Shown: positions 10,250 through 19,497 of the stretch, in pieces | Position numbering within the stretch: the first letter of the stretch is position 1 | Layout: every line of letters begins with the position of its first letter | Assembly: GCA_964390545.1 (NCBI GenBank) | Contig: CAYMJV010000002.1 | Coordinates: 15,555-79,554, forward strand | Reading direction: 5' to 3' | DNA length: 64,000 nt | From: an uncultured Syntrophaceae bacterium | GTDB taxonomy: Bacteria; Desulfobacterota; BSN033; UBA1163 | Notes under the pieces: generated by a model | Seen by the model: only the letters and a program-made list of their open reading frames with translations | Database searches by the model: none | Told to the model about the DNA's origin: nothing | Position numbers and translations under genes: made by a program

Positions 10250-10672
10250 TTATAATTCTATGGCTACCCTTTTTTTCTCAAAAATCGTTGAGAGGATTCG
10301 AGCAAGCTCCTCCGTAATTTTACCGATTTGTAATCGAATCACTCCCAAGGAGGTCCGGTCATCAAAAAGGGTTACCAAGATGACATGGTCACCGATCGCC
10401 GAAAAATAGACATTTTCACTCTTTCCCTTATGAAACAATAGGGTGAATTCTTCTTCCCCTAATATCTTGGCAATTTCAGCGGTGGCTCCAAAGTTGGCCG
10501 CCGTCAGGGCTGAAAGGGAAGACATATCAATCGCAGGTGCATTTCCATGATGGGCAATGAGTTGCCCCGAACGGTCAATTAAGAGCACGGATTGGGCGAG
10601 TGAGGAAGCCACTACTTTATTTAAGCAAAAGTTTATTTTTTCCAAATCTTTTTGTGTGATAATAATGTTCAT
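10250..10672 (-). CDS. mglB: Roadblock/LC7 GAP protein MglB
   Basis: 140 aa. LLIDRSGQLIAHHG, SSLSALTAANFGA, LFDDRTSLGVIRLQI match the MglB/Roadblock pattern. Sits directly upstream of mglA, as in Myxococcus. Confidence 0.85.
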   Translation of the reverse strand: MNIIITQKDLEKINFCLNKVVASSLAQSVLLIDRSGQLIAHHGNAPAIDMSSLSALTAANFGATAEIAKILGEEEFTLLFHKGKSENVYFSAIGDHVILVTLFDDRTSLGVIRLQIGKITEELARILSTIFEKKRVAIEL

Positions 10673-10716
10673 CTTCGATGAATTAGGATCTCTCGCGGAT
10701 ATCTTTTCTAAGAATA

Positions 10717-11493
10717 TTACACTCTGTCATCACTTTTTCGCATCGCCTCAACCAGCAGGTGTTCCCAGCTCTGATGGATCGTTTGAAGGGGTGACACGAT
10801 ACCGATATTTGAAACAAATTCCCCTTCCTGCCAGCTCATGATCTTATAGAAAGCATCCGTTCCCTTCTCTTCTCCACATTCCGCATGTACAATTTCCCCC
10901 TCATTCAAGTAAATGACGCCCTTTTCACTATCTTTGGTAAAAGTCAGGGCTGTGGTCACACGACTGAGGCAGTTCATCTGAATGATATCCGTCAGTTGCA
11001 AGCCGAAGACCTTCCCTTGAAACCCTTTTTTCTTTCCAATCAAATCAATAATGATCTTTCGGATATCGGATATCTCAAAAGGCTTCTCCACATAATAGAG
11101 GGAACCTCGACGATTGGCTTCCTTCTGGACATCGGAAGACCCATAGGCAGTCATGATGATGACTTTCGTGTCGGGATAATCTTTCTTAATCTTTACAAGC
11201 AGGTCTAAGCCATTAATATCTGGCATGCGAATATCTGAAATAACCAGATCAATTTTATTATTCCTGAGTAGGGTTAGAGCCTCCTTCCCGTTATTTGCAA
11301 TGATCACTTCATACTTATCCTTGTCTTTCGAAAGGCTTTTGGACATGCTCCACGTTAAAGTCTCCTCATCATCCACAATCAAGACCTTCTTTAAGTCCTT
11401 TAACATATTAATATTCTCTGAGTATGGTAAAATTCCACTCATTGTATTCAATATTAACGATGTAATTAGCAAAATAAGTGCCAATTTTTTCAA
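10717..11493 (-). CDS. PatA-type response regulator (REC + DUF4388/PATAN domain)
   Basis: REC domain (VLIVDDEE...VISDIRMPDINGLDLL...KVIIMTAYG). C-terminal DUF4388 pattern (FQGKVFGLQLTDIIQMNCLSRVTTALTF...GVIYLNEGEIVHAECGEEKGTDAFYKIMSWQEGEF). The hydrophobic first 29 aa are probably not translated, and the likely start is the ATG at 11406 (MLKDLKK). Confidence 0.8.
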   Translation of the reverse strand: MKKLALILLITSLILNTMSGILPYSENINMLKDLKKVLIVDDEETLTWSMSKSLSKDKDKYEVIIANNGKEALTLLRNNKIDLVISDIRMPDINGLDLLVKIKKDYPDTKVIIMTAYGSSDVQKEANRRGSLYYVEKPFEISDIRKIIIDLIGKKKGFQGKVFGLQLTDIIQMNCLSRVTTALTFTKDSEKGVIYLNEGEIVHAECGEEKGTDAFYKIMSWQEGEFVSNIGIVSPLQTIHQSWEHLLVEAMRKSDDRV

Positions 11494-12035
11494 AAGATTT
11501 AAGTACTTAATTCACTTAAGGGTTCGCATAGTTCTATCACTTCATGGTTTCATAGAATTATACTTAAGGCCTAAGAAATGGTCAATATTTATCCATTGGT
11601 AAAAAAATGTCCCCCTCCCCCCCTCTTTTTTTTGTGAATCATCCAGCCTATTTCATGCCTCGAAATCCTTTGATCAAAAGAGGGTTCTTTTTTGAATAGG
11701 CCCGGGTCATTTGAAGAAAAACCTTTCTCATTGGAATCTCCGTATTGATATGAACCTTCTGCGGGTCAGAATGTCTATTTAAGAAAATATCGTTTAGAAA
11801 CCCTATCTAAAGCGTGGAGGAATGTTTGAATCCATCCTAGGCACATTTGGGTTTTTTGAAATCCCTTCTCCTGCCGTTCTCATACGGTATTTAAATCATC
11901 AGAATCCAATGAGCATGAACCTTTCACCGCATTCTTTTTCGATTTGAACAAGGTCTGAATGATTCTTCACCCCAGCCTAACCCACTGAATGGAACGGATG
12001 CTTCAGGAAAGTTTTTAAAGAAAGTTTTTAAAAAC

Positions 12036-12064
12036 TTGACTTTTCAGGGGTCTTTAGGTAAGTT
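12036..12064 (+). promoter_or_regulatory. Candidate sigma-70 promoter for the TPR gene
   Basis: TTGACT (12036-12041), a 17-nt spacer, then TAAGTT (12059-12064). It coincides with the ORF-track TTG start, which argues that the real start is the ATG at 12105. Confidence 0.4.
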
Positions 12065-12104
12065 TTTATTAATTAAATTTTTGCAATCGAGAAACTTTTT
12101 CCCA

Positions 12105-13103
12105 ATGGATAAAGAAAAAATATTGAAGACAGCTCAGCAATATGTGCTGAAAGGTCAAACTGAAAAGGCCATCAAAGAATATCAAAAAATTGTGAAGGCC
12201 ACCCCAAAGGATATTCGAGCCCGTCTTAAATTAGGGGATCTCTATTTAAAAGATGGCGAAAACGAAAAAGCCATAGAGGAATATTTGAGAGTGGCTGAAC
12301 TCTACGAAGAAGAAGATCTCAACTCCCGGGCCATCTCAAGCTATAAGAAAGTCCTATCCTTAAACCCAAAACTGATTGAAGCCTATCACAAGATTGCTGA
12401 ATTATATTTAAAGGAAGGATTAAAAGGAGATGCTAAGAATTGTTATCATAGCATATTAAAAATGAGGCCCCATGACCAAAAGGCGCTAGAGGCCTTTAAG
12501 AGTCTTGCAGAAGATCAACCGCCTAAGGAAGTCCCCAAGAGGGCCCCTTACCAAGAAGAAATTCCCAAGAGGGTCCCTCAACAAGAAATCGTTACTCCGA
12601 GGTATTCAGCCCCTATTCCACAGACCAGAGAAGTTGAAGAAGAGATCCCACTCACCTCCCCTCTCCCTCCCGATAGTCCTGACGTATCTTTTCAAAGCGA
12701 ACCTGCTTTTGAAACAGAACCCCCGTCTGCCCCCGACAAGGATTCGGAAATGCATTACCATTTAGGGATTGCATACAAAGAGATGGAGCTCTTTGACTAT
12801 GCCATTTCAGAGTTTGAGCAGGCTGCTTTGAACCCTTCTATACAATTTGATTCATATATCATGCTAGGAAATTGTTTTATGGAGAAAGGGGCCTATGATA
12901 AATCAATTGAACATTATAGGATGGCAACAGAAATAAAAGGTTTATCAAAGGAAAAGCTGGCTCAAATCAATCTCAATTTGGGCTTAGCCTATGAAGCCAA
13001 TGGGATGATTTCGGACGCCCTGGATGCCTATCAGCTTGCCCTGAAATTAAATCCTTCCTCCTCCGAAGCCAAAGAAAAAATTAGGCGCCTCCAGCAAGGG
13101 TAG
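12105..13103 (+). CDS. TPR-repeat protein with a central Pro/Glu-rich linker
   Basis: N- and C-terminal TPR repeats (AIKEYQKIVKATPKDIRARLKLGDLYL; ALDAYQLALKLNPSSSEA). The linker carries a short tandem repeat (EVPKRAPYQEEIPKRVPQQE). The track ORF begins at 12036, and I prefer the ATG at 12105. Confidence 0.7.
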   Translation: MDKEKILKTAQQYVLKGQTEKAIKEYQKIVKATPKDIRARLKLGDLYLKDGENEKAIEEYLRVAELYEEEDLNSRAISSYKKVLSLNPKLIEAYHKIAELYLKEGLKGDAKNCYHSILKMRPHDQKALEAFKSLAEDQPPKEVPKRAPYQEEIPKRVPQQEIVTPRYSAPIPQTREVEEEIPLTSPLPPDSPDVSFQSEPAFETEPPSAPDKDSEMHYHLGIAYKEMELFDYAISEFEQAALNPSIQFDSYIMLGNCFMEKGAYDKSIEHYRMATEIKGLSKEKLAQINLNLGLAYEANGMISDALDAYQLALKLNPSSSEAKEKIRRLQQG

Positions 13104-13307
13104 GGTTCATTGAGTCACCCCTCCCCTTGCCTTTCAGAATGGATCAATCGGACTCTTTATGGAATCAACCCATTCGACTCCCCGGTATGATCCTTCGACT
13201 GCGCTCAGGACAAGCGCCCGGGGTATGCTCAGGGTTGATACTGAGCGGCGCTTCTTCCCCCGATTTAAAAATCGGGATTTGGCACCGTCGAACGTATTAA
13301 AAGATCC

Positions 13308-16163
13308 TTATGGAGTGACTTCCCTCCAGTAGAGAATTTCTTTAGTGGTGGAAGGTGAATATCCTTTTCTCGTCAAGATTTCGCCGCTCGTTGTTCCGAT
13401 CGTCACGGATGCCTTGCCTTCTAAATTGACTGAGATGACAGGAGCTGAAGGGATTCCCTCTCCGATCGTCTCGGATCGGGCGGAAGGCCTCCCCACTGAG
13501 TAATCATCCAGGACGAGAGCCCCTCCTCCTGAGAGATACTCAACAACATAAAGAGAAGCCTCACCCGTTCGATTACATTCATCCGTCGTAGCATAGGTAT
13601 AAGTTGTAAAATAGAGTAAATTGCTGAACACGGCCGGCTTCGATAACACTTTTTCAGATCTCGCCAACTGAATGTACCACCCTTTCAATGGCCATTGGGG
13701 AGTAGTGAACGTCTGATCGGTGAAATCGGTAACATTCCTCAGATTGCCCTCGTCTCTTGGGTAGGAACCTATCCCATCGTCCTTTACAGCATAAAATTTG
13801 TCCCTGCTATTAGTATCCGTTGGATTTTCTCTGTCCCCTGTCCCAAAAAAAACCCAGGGAGTTCGATGACTGTCCAAGGAGACTGCGGGTTGATAATAGA
13901 GCGGTCCCTTGTCAGCAGGTGCCCCTCTCGGTCTAAACAAGACTGTCCCTGTCCAGTTTCCCACGTCAGTGGATGAGATGTCGAAAACCCACATCTGCCC
14001 TGATAAATCTCCAATATAGACTTTGTCGATATACCCATTGAAATCCGTGTCCACAGCAGTGGGAGGCGCTGTCATCGAGTAGTCCATACGGGGCAATCCA
14101 GAGAACTCAGCCAAGATATCCCCTGTTTTTATATCAATTACAAAGAAGCCCTTCCCGGTGACATTTGTATTATCAAACCCGCCTCCAATAAAGGCGACCC
14201 ATCTTTCGCGCAGCTCGTCCCCTACTCTGATTCTAATTCTTCCTATCGCAGGTTCTGACCAACTCTGTCCAAGTTTCGCAAGGGTCGCTGCATCTGTTGC
14301 TTTCGGGAACTCCCAGAGATATTTCGGGTTCAACGTATCGGTGACATCCAGAGCGAAATAATGTTTTCCACCCTTTCTCAAGCCCGAGATTAAAACCGTC
14401 TTCCACTCATCCCTGGCCTTTGTGATACCAGATGGGTTGCTGTCACTGTAAAACCACACATCCGTCACCTTAGGCGATGAATCCACGTAATAGGTGTGGA
14501 GTGTAGCACTATTTTTCAAACTCCCAAGCAGGCTATGGGGGATGAACGCCCATTCTTCCGCTCCGGTTTCGGCATTGAAGGCATGGAGCATCCCATCATT
14601 GGCTCCAACAATGATCACCTTTGTTCGATTCTTGTTTCTTTGATAAAACCCTTCACTCCCATCCGGGCATTGATTGAAACACCGGTCGATAAAAAAACGA
14701 GAGGGTTCTCCAATGATGACGGCATTGGAATGGAAGATATCCCCTAATTTCCATAACCTATCATGTGTATCATATCCTGCGCTTGGGGCGAAAGGTGCAT
14801 CTATGTCGTAAGTATCTTGTCCTCTAATGTGCAAAATGAGTTTGTCACGTTCAGCATCAGTGGCTACATTCAAATCTTCTTTGGTTAGGTTGGCAGAGGT
14901 GAAGGATTGCAGTGCCCCCCTTACATAGGTATAAATTTTTCTCCCAGAACTGGCTTTGTTATTCAATTGCTCGCCTGCATCCCATTTGGGATTAATGGGA
15001 TTATTATCATTATCGACTTCAAGGGTTCCATCTTCCCGTAATTGGAAGGCCTTTAAGTTCCCTCGCCAGAAGGGGGTTTGTTGGGGCATAAAGGATGAAA
15101 TGTAGACCACATCCCCCTCTACCATTCGGACTGTAGGGACAGAAGGAGCCGTATAGGAATAGGACCTCTCCCTAATGTATCTGATAATTGTCTTCAGTGC
15201 ATTCCTGAGTTGGGAGGCATCCTCTGCTAAAAATGCATAGCCGGAAAGATCATAGTTGGCAGGATCCGCATTGGTATCTGTGATGCTACACAAATCTTCT
15301 CCTGCCGAAGGGAGATACTGGGTGATATTATAGGCATCAGCATTTCCAGAATTCGGTTCTAGAGGATTGTCCGTCCCGCCATATTTCGCAACCCAATTTA
15401 AGGTCTTTTTCAAATGGACCGGCATGTTTGCACCGAACCCAATCGCAAAGACCTGGAGCGGGACGACATTAGGAGCAGACGAAGGGGTGTAAAGCTCTTT
15501 GGCCCGCAGGACGGTCATAAACCTCCTCTTAAACATGTCCGAGGCATTCTCGGAGCAATCCCCGCTGCAGGCGACCGTGTCACTACCATCCGTAATAAAA
15601 ACCACAAACTTCTGGCGGCATGCGATGGCTTGATCATTCGGATTCACATGGTCCCGAAAATAAATTCCCCCCTCTACCAGGGATGCACCCAGAGGAGTAC
15701 ATCCTGTCGCTGTCTCTGCTGCATCAGACACTTTGTCCCAAATTGTTTTATACGCACTCCCTACCTCCGTCTCATTTTGAAACACTTTAATCTTACCCGT
15801 CATGGGATTACTATCATCCTCATCGGCCTCCCCTACCCCTCTGAATCTCATATATCCTATTTTGACATTCAAACTGCTCTGATCATTCGAATCAATGTAG
15901 TTCCCATCGTGATTCGAATCTTTACCGCTGTCATCATCATCAAGAAGGTCGTAGATCACATCCCTCGCAATATCAATTCTTCGATCTGGAGAGGAAGCGG
16001 CATTCCCTGCAACATCCCAATTCATGCTTCCGGACATATCCAAAAGGATGAGGGCTTCCGGCTTTACCCCCAACGTAAAGAGGTCTGTATCATCCGCCAT
16101 AGAGGGGCAGACGCAAATGAAAAAGGTACCCGTCACGAGTAGGAATAAAGCCCATTTTCTCAT
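13308..16163 (-). CDS. pilY1: PilY1-like tip adhesin (vWA + beta-propeller), module A
   Basis: 951 aa with a signal peptide. vWA MIDAS motif (LILLDMSGSM). PilY1 C-terminal motifs (YFALDVTDTLNPKYLWEF; Ca-site-like DTDFNGYIDKVYIGDLSGQMWVFD). Confidence 0.85.
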   Translation of the reverse strand: MRKWALFLLVTGTFFICVCPSMADDTDLFTLGVKPEALILLDMSGSMNWDVAGNAASSPDRRIDIARDVIYDLLDDDDSGKDSNHDGNYIDSNDQSSLNVKIGYMRFRGVGEADEDDSNPMTGKIKVFQNETEVGSAYKTIWDKVSDAAETATGCTPLGASLVEGGIYFRDHVNPNDQAIACRQKFVVFITDGSDTVACSGDCSENASDMFKRRFMTVLRAKELYTPSSAPNVVPLQVFAIGFGANMPVHLKKTLNWVAKYGGTDNPLEPNSGNADAYNITQYLPSAGEDLCSITDTNADPANYDLSGYAFLAEDASQLRNALKTIIRYIRERSYSYTAPSVPTVRMVEGDVVYISSFMPQQTPFWRGNLKAFQLREDGTLEVDNDNNPINPKWDAGEQLNNKASSGRKIYTYVRGALQSFTSANLTKEDLNVATDAERDKLILHIRGQDTYDIDAPFAPSAGYDTHDRLWKLGDIFHSNAVIIGEPSRFFIDRCFNQCPDGSEGFYQRNKNRTKVIIVGANDGMLHAFNAETGAEEWAFIPHSLLGSLKNSATLHTYYVDSSPKVTDVWFYSDSNPSGITKARDEWKTVLISGLRKGGKHYFALDVTDTLNPKYLWEFPKATDAATLAKLGQSWSEPAIGRIRIRVGDELRERWVAFIGGGFDNTNVTGKGFFVIDIKTGDILAEFSGLPRMDYSMTAPPTAVDTDFNGYIDKVYIGDLSGQMWVFDISSTDVGNWTGTVLFRPRGAPADKGPLYYQPAVSLDSHRTPWVFFGTGDRENPTDTNSRDKFYAVKDDGIGSYPRDEGNLRNVTDFTDQTFTTPQWPLKGWYIQLARSEKVLSKPAVFSNLLYFTTYTYATTDECNRTGEASLYVVEYLSGGGALVLDDYSVGRPSARSETIGEGIPSAPVISVNLEGKASVTIGTTSGEILTRKGYSPSTTKEILYWREVTP

Positions 16164-16329
16164 TATTTTCTTACCTCTCTTCAGGGGTTGAAAATCCTAA
16201 AATAAAGGAGAGTTCCTTGAAGATCAAATCCGGCCCTATGCGGTTGTCGTCTCCCCTCCATGTCGCCGGTTGTCATTCGTATTCCGGATGATGGCTTTGG
16301 CTTTGTAGAGCGAAGGGCAGCGTGTGAGA

Positions 16330-16677
16330 TCAAGGGTTTCTTTTAGGGGTCCTTATGGTCCTTATAACAGTGATCTTTTCCGGATAGATCCCCTCTGTCT
16401 TCCGAACCCCTTCCACTCTCACGGAGAGTCCCCGTTTCAGTTGATTCATTTTCAATTGGTTATTATTCTCGTCAACAATCTTCGTATTCGAAGTGATATA
16501 AACCCTTTGTTCATTGACAACGATAAATCTGCGGCTCTCAGGAATGCTGTCAATCGATCCAAAGAAAGAAAAGACTCCTTCTTTCTTCCCCTGAGAGAAC
16601 CCCGAGCTCGCGAGGAACAGTGTCACCACCAAAAAAACAAACTGAAGCAGGAAAACCTTTTTGACTTGCATCATCAA
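16330..16677 (-). CDS. Small exported protein, paralog of 20450..20809 (PilY1-associated)
   Basis: 115 aa, signal peptide, GAGGAG RBS. Shares a pattern with the 119-aa ORF at 20450 (IVVNEQ/IVNER ... NT ... VEG/LEG ... EKI). Confidence 0.6.
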   Translation of the reverse strand: MMMQVKKVFLLQFVFLVVTLFLASSGFSQGKKEGVFSFFGSIDSIPESRRFIVVNEQRVYITSNTKIVDENNNQLKMNQLKRGLSVRVEGVRKTEGIYPEKITVIRTIRTPKRNP

Positions 16678-16736
16678 CTCCTCAATCGATTCTTAAGGAT
16701 TTTAAATTTGATTTTAAGGATTTTAAACTTATTAAA

Positions 16737-17213
16737 TTAAAAAGGACCGAATCTCACTTGCGCTTCAATTTCCTTTGTGGCCCCAAAGGATTCACCTGTC
16801 GCATTGATCTGAAATTGTAAGAAATTACCTGGGGTGCGTTGGGAATAGCCCGTGGGAGAATCGCCCAGTTCAAACCCCCCCTTTCCTCTCTCAATCGGTG
16901 GAGGGCAAGGCCCAAGATATTGAACCGGCTTTGGGGCTCCTTTGTCCAAGGCGGCTCCGCTCCAGCCATAGGAGTCTTCCCCAATCTTCATTCGAGGAAT
17001 GGGTTGATAATAATTTTCTGGAACTCGCTTTAGACCTACCTGGAAGATGGCCTCAGAAGCATAAAAGGCGCCCGTTCCCACCCTTTCGTTCCCCGATATG
17101 TTTGTCTCAAAGGTGGTCGTGCTGATCGCACTGATTCCAATGAAGGTTAAAATAAGAAGCATGATCAGAGCAATAACTAACGCCACACCCTTTTCATTGC
17201 TTAATCCTTGCAC
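16737..17213 (-). CDS. pilX: PilX-like minor pilin, module A
   Basis: PilX_N-type start (EKGVALVIALIMLLILTFIGISAISTTTFETNISGNER...AFYASEA). Sits after pilW. Confidence 0.75.
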   Translation of the reverse strand: MQGLSNEKGVALVIALIMLLILTFIGISAISTTTFETNISGNERVGTGAFYASEAIFQVGLKRVPENYYQPIPRMKIGEDSYGWSGAALDKGAPKPVQYLGPCPPPIERGKGGFELGDSPTGYSQRTPGNFLQFQINATGESFGATKEIEAQVRFGPF

Positions 17214-17243
17214 AAGAGCCTCCCCCTTCTCCCGTTACGGACT

Positions 17244-18125
17244 TCATCTCATATTTCTTACCAAAATATTGGAGGCAATGGTTCTCCTCCTAAATCCTCC
17301 TGTCCCCCCTTTGAATTCTGGATCAGAAATGCTTGTTCTCGCATGGACAGTAACCCTCACCATCCGAATTCTCGAAGGATCAGCAGGTGAGTCGGACTCC
17401 GATCCATCTTCCAAAACATACCTGAACTGGAGGTTTTCAATATTTTCTGCGACCACCTGGGACCATCCTCCATCTGTGAGATCCTCCCTTGTTAGAACGG
17501 GCATATTGGGATCACGGTTGTCCGGTCTCAATTGATACCTGATGGCCTTGACCTTAAAGACCGGAGTCCCGGCCCCATGATTGAAAAGTAACTTGCCATC
17601 CAGGGTAATGGTGTTTCCGTCAATCCACCTTACGATATGGGTTTCCAAGCCTCCGATGCACAGGTATCTTCTCGTGAGAAGATTGAATTGATTTGCTCCC
17701 CCTACCAATTGGATGGTGTCGCTCCCATCAGTTGACTGGCTGAGCGTCGATACTTGTTCAAAGGCACCGATAATCGTTATTTGATCATCATTCTGACCGA
17801 CATTATTCTCATTGTCCCTCGGATTAATGACATCTAAAAAAGGGCCGCCAATCGTCAAAAAAGGCAGATACTCAGGGGGGAAGACATTCCATACACTTCC
17901 AAAGCCGGCCATCCTGATCTCCCTCATCATCCGGTTGATCGCCACCCTCACATTCTGCTGCATATCCACCACCTGCTCCTGTACCATATAGGTCCTGTGT
18001 TGACCTATAAATGTCCGATAGAGGGCGGCAGTCAGAATCGCACTGATGGCCATTGCCACCAGCAATTCAATCAGGGTTAATCCCTTAGACCTTTTCAATC
18101 GATAAGCGATCAAATGGATCCTCAC
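17244..18125 (-). CDS. pilW: PilW-like minor pilin, module A
   Basis: Prepilin leader RSKG/LTLIELLVAMAIS and PilW-type helix (VRVAINRMMREIRMAGF). 4-nt overlap with pilV. Confidence 0.8.
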   Translation of the reverse strand: MRIHLIAYRLKRSKGLTLIELLVAMAISAILTAALYRTFIGQHRTYMVQEQVVDMQQNVRVAINRMMREIRMAGFGSVWNVFPPEYLPFLTIGGPFLDVINPRDNENNVGQNDDQITIIGAFEQVSTLSQSTDGSDTIQLVGGANQFNLLTRRYLCIGGLETHIVRWIDGNTITLDGKLLFNHGAGTPVFKVKAIRYQLRPDNRDPNMPVLTREDLTDGGWSQVVAENIENLQFRYVLEDGSESDSPADPSRIRMVRVTVHARTSISDPEFKGGTGGFRRRTIASNILVRNMR

Positions 18126-18514
18126 TGCGACCTGATCGTCGAAAAGGAAATATTGTGATCCGCACCATCATTCCAACGGACCGTGTAATTGACCTTTAAA
18201 TAACTTCCGTTGGGATCAGAAATGGATTCCACCGAATAAGAACGATTGAAGGTGAGATCTGAAATGACTACGGTCCCGTCATTATGACTTCCTATGCCTA
18301 AGGGTGGATCATTCAAGGGTAAGTTCTTTAAGAATTCGAGTCGATCTTGGGCCGCATACGTGGCCTGCATGAGGTTATTGCTGAAAAAATTTCCTCGGAC
18401 GGATGTGACTTGGAGGCTGGCGATGGCGAGAAGACCGATGGCAAGAAAAACCACGCAGATCAAAACTTCGATTAGTGAAAACCCTTCTTTTCTAAAAACC
18501 ATCGATCGGTTCAT
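18122..18514 (-). CDS. pilV: PilV-like minor pilin, module A
   Basis: Leader RKEG/FSLIEVLICVVFLAIGLLAIASLQ is typical PilV. 4-nt overlaps on both sides. Confidence 0.8.
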   Translation of the reverse strand: MNRSMVFRKEGFSLIEVLICVVFLAIGLLAIASLQVTSVRGNFFSNNLMQATYAAQDRLEFLKNLPLNDPPLGIGSHNDGTVVISDLTFNRSYSVESISDPNGSYLKVNYTVRWNDGADHNISFSTIRSQ

Positions 18515-18972
18515 TGAATGCTGATTCTGCCTGTTGATGGCAAGACCGTAATGGTCCTCTTCGTCCCCTTCGTATTCCCTAAAACGAGACTCCCGCCATT
18601 GGAAGATGAATTCGGTCTGAACAAGGAACTACCAGCCGGAGTCGTACCCACAGCTGGAAACGTATTGTTGCTAATGGTTATTCCAGTGGGAAGGGTCTTC
18701 GCTGCCCCTTCATTGACCCATAATAGCCCCAATGAATCGCGCTGGAGAGTATAGCTCCCTCCTGCAATTAAAACCTGATAGTTTGTATTAATCGAAACTG
18801 CTCTCATTTGGGCTACCCTCATCGTTGAAACGATATCCCTCGCACCACTTCTCAACCGGTAGTTAGGCAACCAGGCACCCATATTAGGAACCATTAGCAC
18901 GGCTCCTATAGCAATGATCACGAAAACAACAATCAATTCAATCAAGGTAACCCCTCTTTTGTTCATCTTCAT
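18511..18972 (-). CDS. FimT/FimU/GspH-type minor pilin, module A
   Basis: MKMNKRG/VTLIELIVVFVIIAIGA followed by a GspH-like segment (YRLRSGARDIVSTMRVAQMRAV). The ATG at 18972 is preceded by GGGAGG. The track ORF extends to 19017. Confidence 0.75.
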   Translation of the reverse strand: MKMNKRGVTLIELIVVFVIIAIGAVLMVPNMGAWLPNYRLRSGARDIVSTMRVAQMRAVSINTNYQVLIAGGSYTLQRDSLGLLWVNEGAAKTLPTGITISNNTFPAVGTTPAGSSLFRPNSSSNGGSLVLGNTKGTKRTITVLPSTGRISIQ

Positions 18973-19138
18973 GCTACACCCTCCCTTTATTCTGATAAAA
19001 TCAGAAATTTTTGTCAATATATTTTTCTTGCAAAAACAGTCTGATTTACACCAGTTGACAGTATTTTACAGATTGCAAAGCAAAAAACTTGATCAAATAA
19101 CTTCCGATTCTTAACTTTCTATAAAAAGAATTTAAAAA

Positions 19139-19154
19139 AGCAAATGTTATGCCA
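19139..19154 (-). promoter_or_regulatory. Sigma-54 promoter of minor-pilin module A
   Basis: The minus strand reads TGGCATAACATTTGCT, that is TGGCAT-N5-TTGCT with exact GG/GC spacing. About 170 nt upstream of the module A first gene. Confidence 0.7.
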
Positions 19155-19360
19155 CCCATGATGAAGTTTCATAATCTGTCGAAATCTGTGACGATTTTCT
19201 GTTCTGCCAAAAAAAATAACTGCGACTTTATCACAAATTTGTTGCTTTAATTATGAAATTATTAAAAAGCTTAAGACGGTATCTGGTTAGAGTCTCTGAA
19301 GTACAGAATCGGAGAGAGGATTTTAGGGTCTACCTGCACGAATTCAGATCTAGAAAAAAT

Positions 19361-19496
19361 GGGGGATCAATTTACCCCGTTAGAAAGCCCCGCTGCCTGC
19401 AGCGGGGATGAAGATAATTCCCTTATGGGAGCGAACACGGGGTTTAATGCCCCGTGTGAGCCTTCCCGTTAGAGGGCCGAAGGTCTTCTAACGGGG
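19361..19496 (-). terminator. Compound multi-hairpin element / probable terminator-insulator between module B and module A
   Basis: Four consecutive GC-rich hairpins begin 2 nt after the stop at 19498. They are 19465-19495 (14 bp, GAA/TTC loop), 19436-19456 (CACGGGG/CCCCGTG), 19388-19407 (CCCCGCTG/CAGCGGGG) and 19361-19378. The last is followed on the minus strand by AUUUUUUC. Confidence 0.5.
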
Positions 19497-19497
19497 T

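Noticed and set aside
10717-11493. A signal-peptide-like N-terminus (MKKLALILLITSLILNT) on the REC-DUF4388 regulator.
   Set aside because: A cytoplasmic REC domain should not be exported. This is more likely an over-extended ORF, with the true start at an internal ATG (11406 or 11442).
11822-11947. A 41-aa plus-strand small ORF (MFESILGTFGFFEIPSP...) preceded by GGAGG.
   Set aside because: The SD-to-ATG spacing is only 1 nt, the ORF has no recognisable features, and there is no supporting conservation data.
15414-16142. Long antisense ORFs in the track, including 15414..16142, 20246..20845, 33437..33994, 40295..40876 and 1870..2283.
   Set aside because: Each lies opposite a gene with strong family motifs. 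They have no RBS or recognisable domain and are typical shadow frames.
16693-16727. A 14-nt direct repeat TTAAGGATTTTAAA present twice with a 21-nt period, between pilX-A and the small ORF.
   Set aside because: There are only two copies in an AT-rich, low-complexity spacer. That is insufficient to call a regulatory site.
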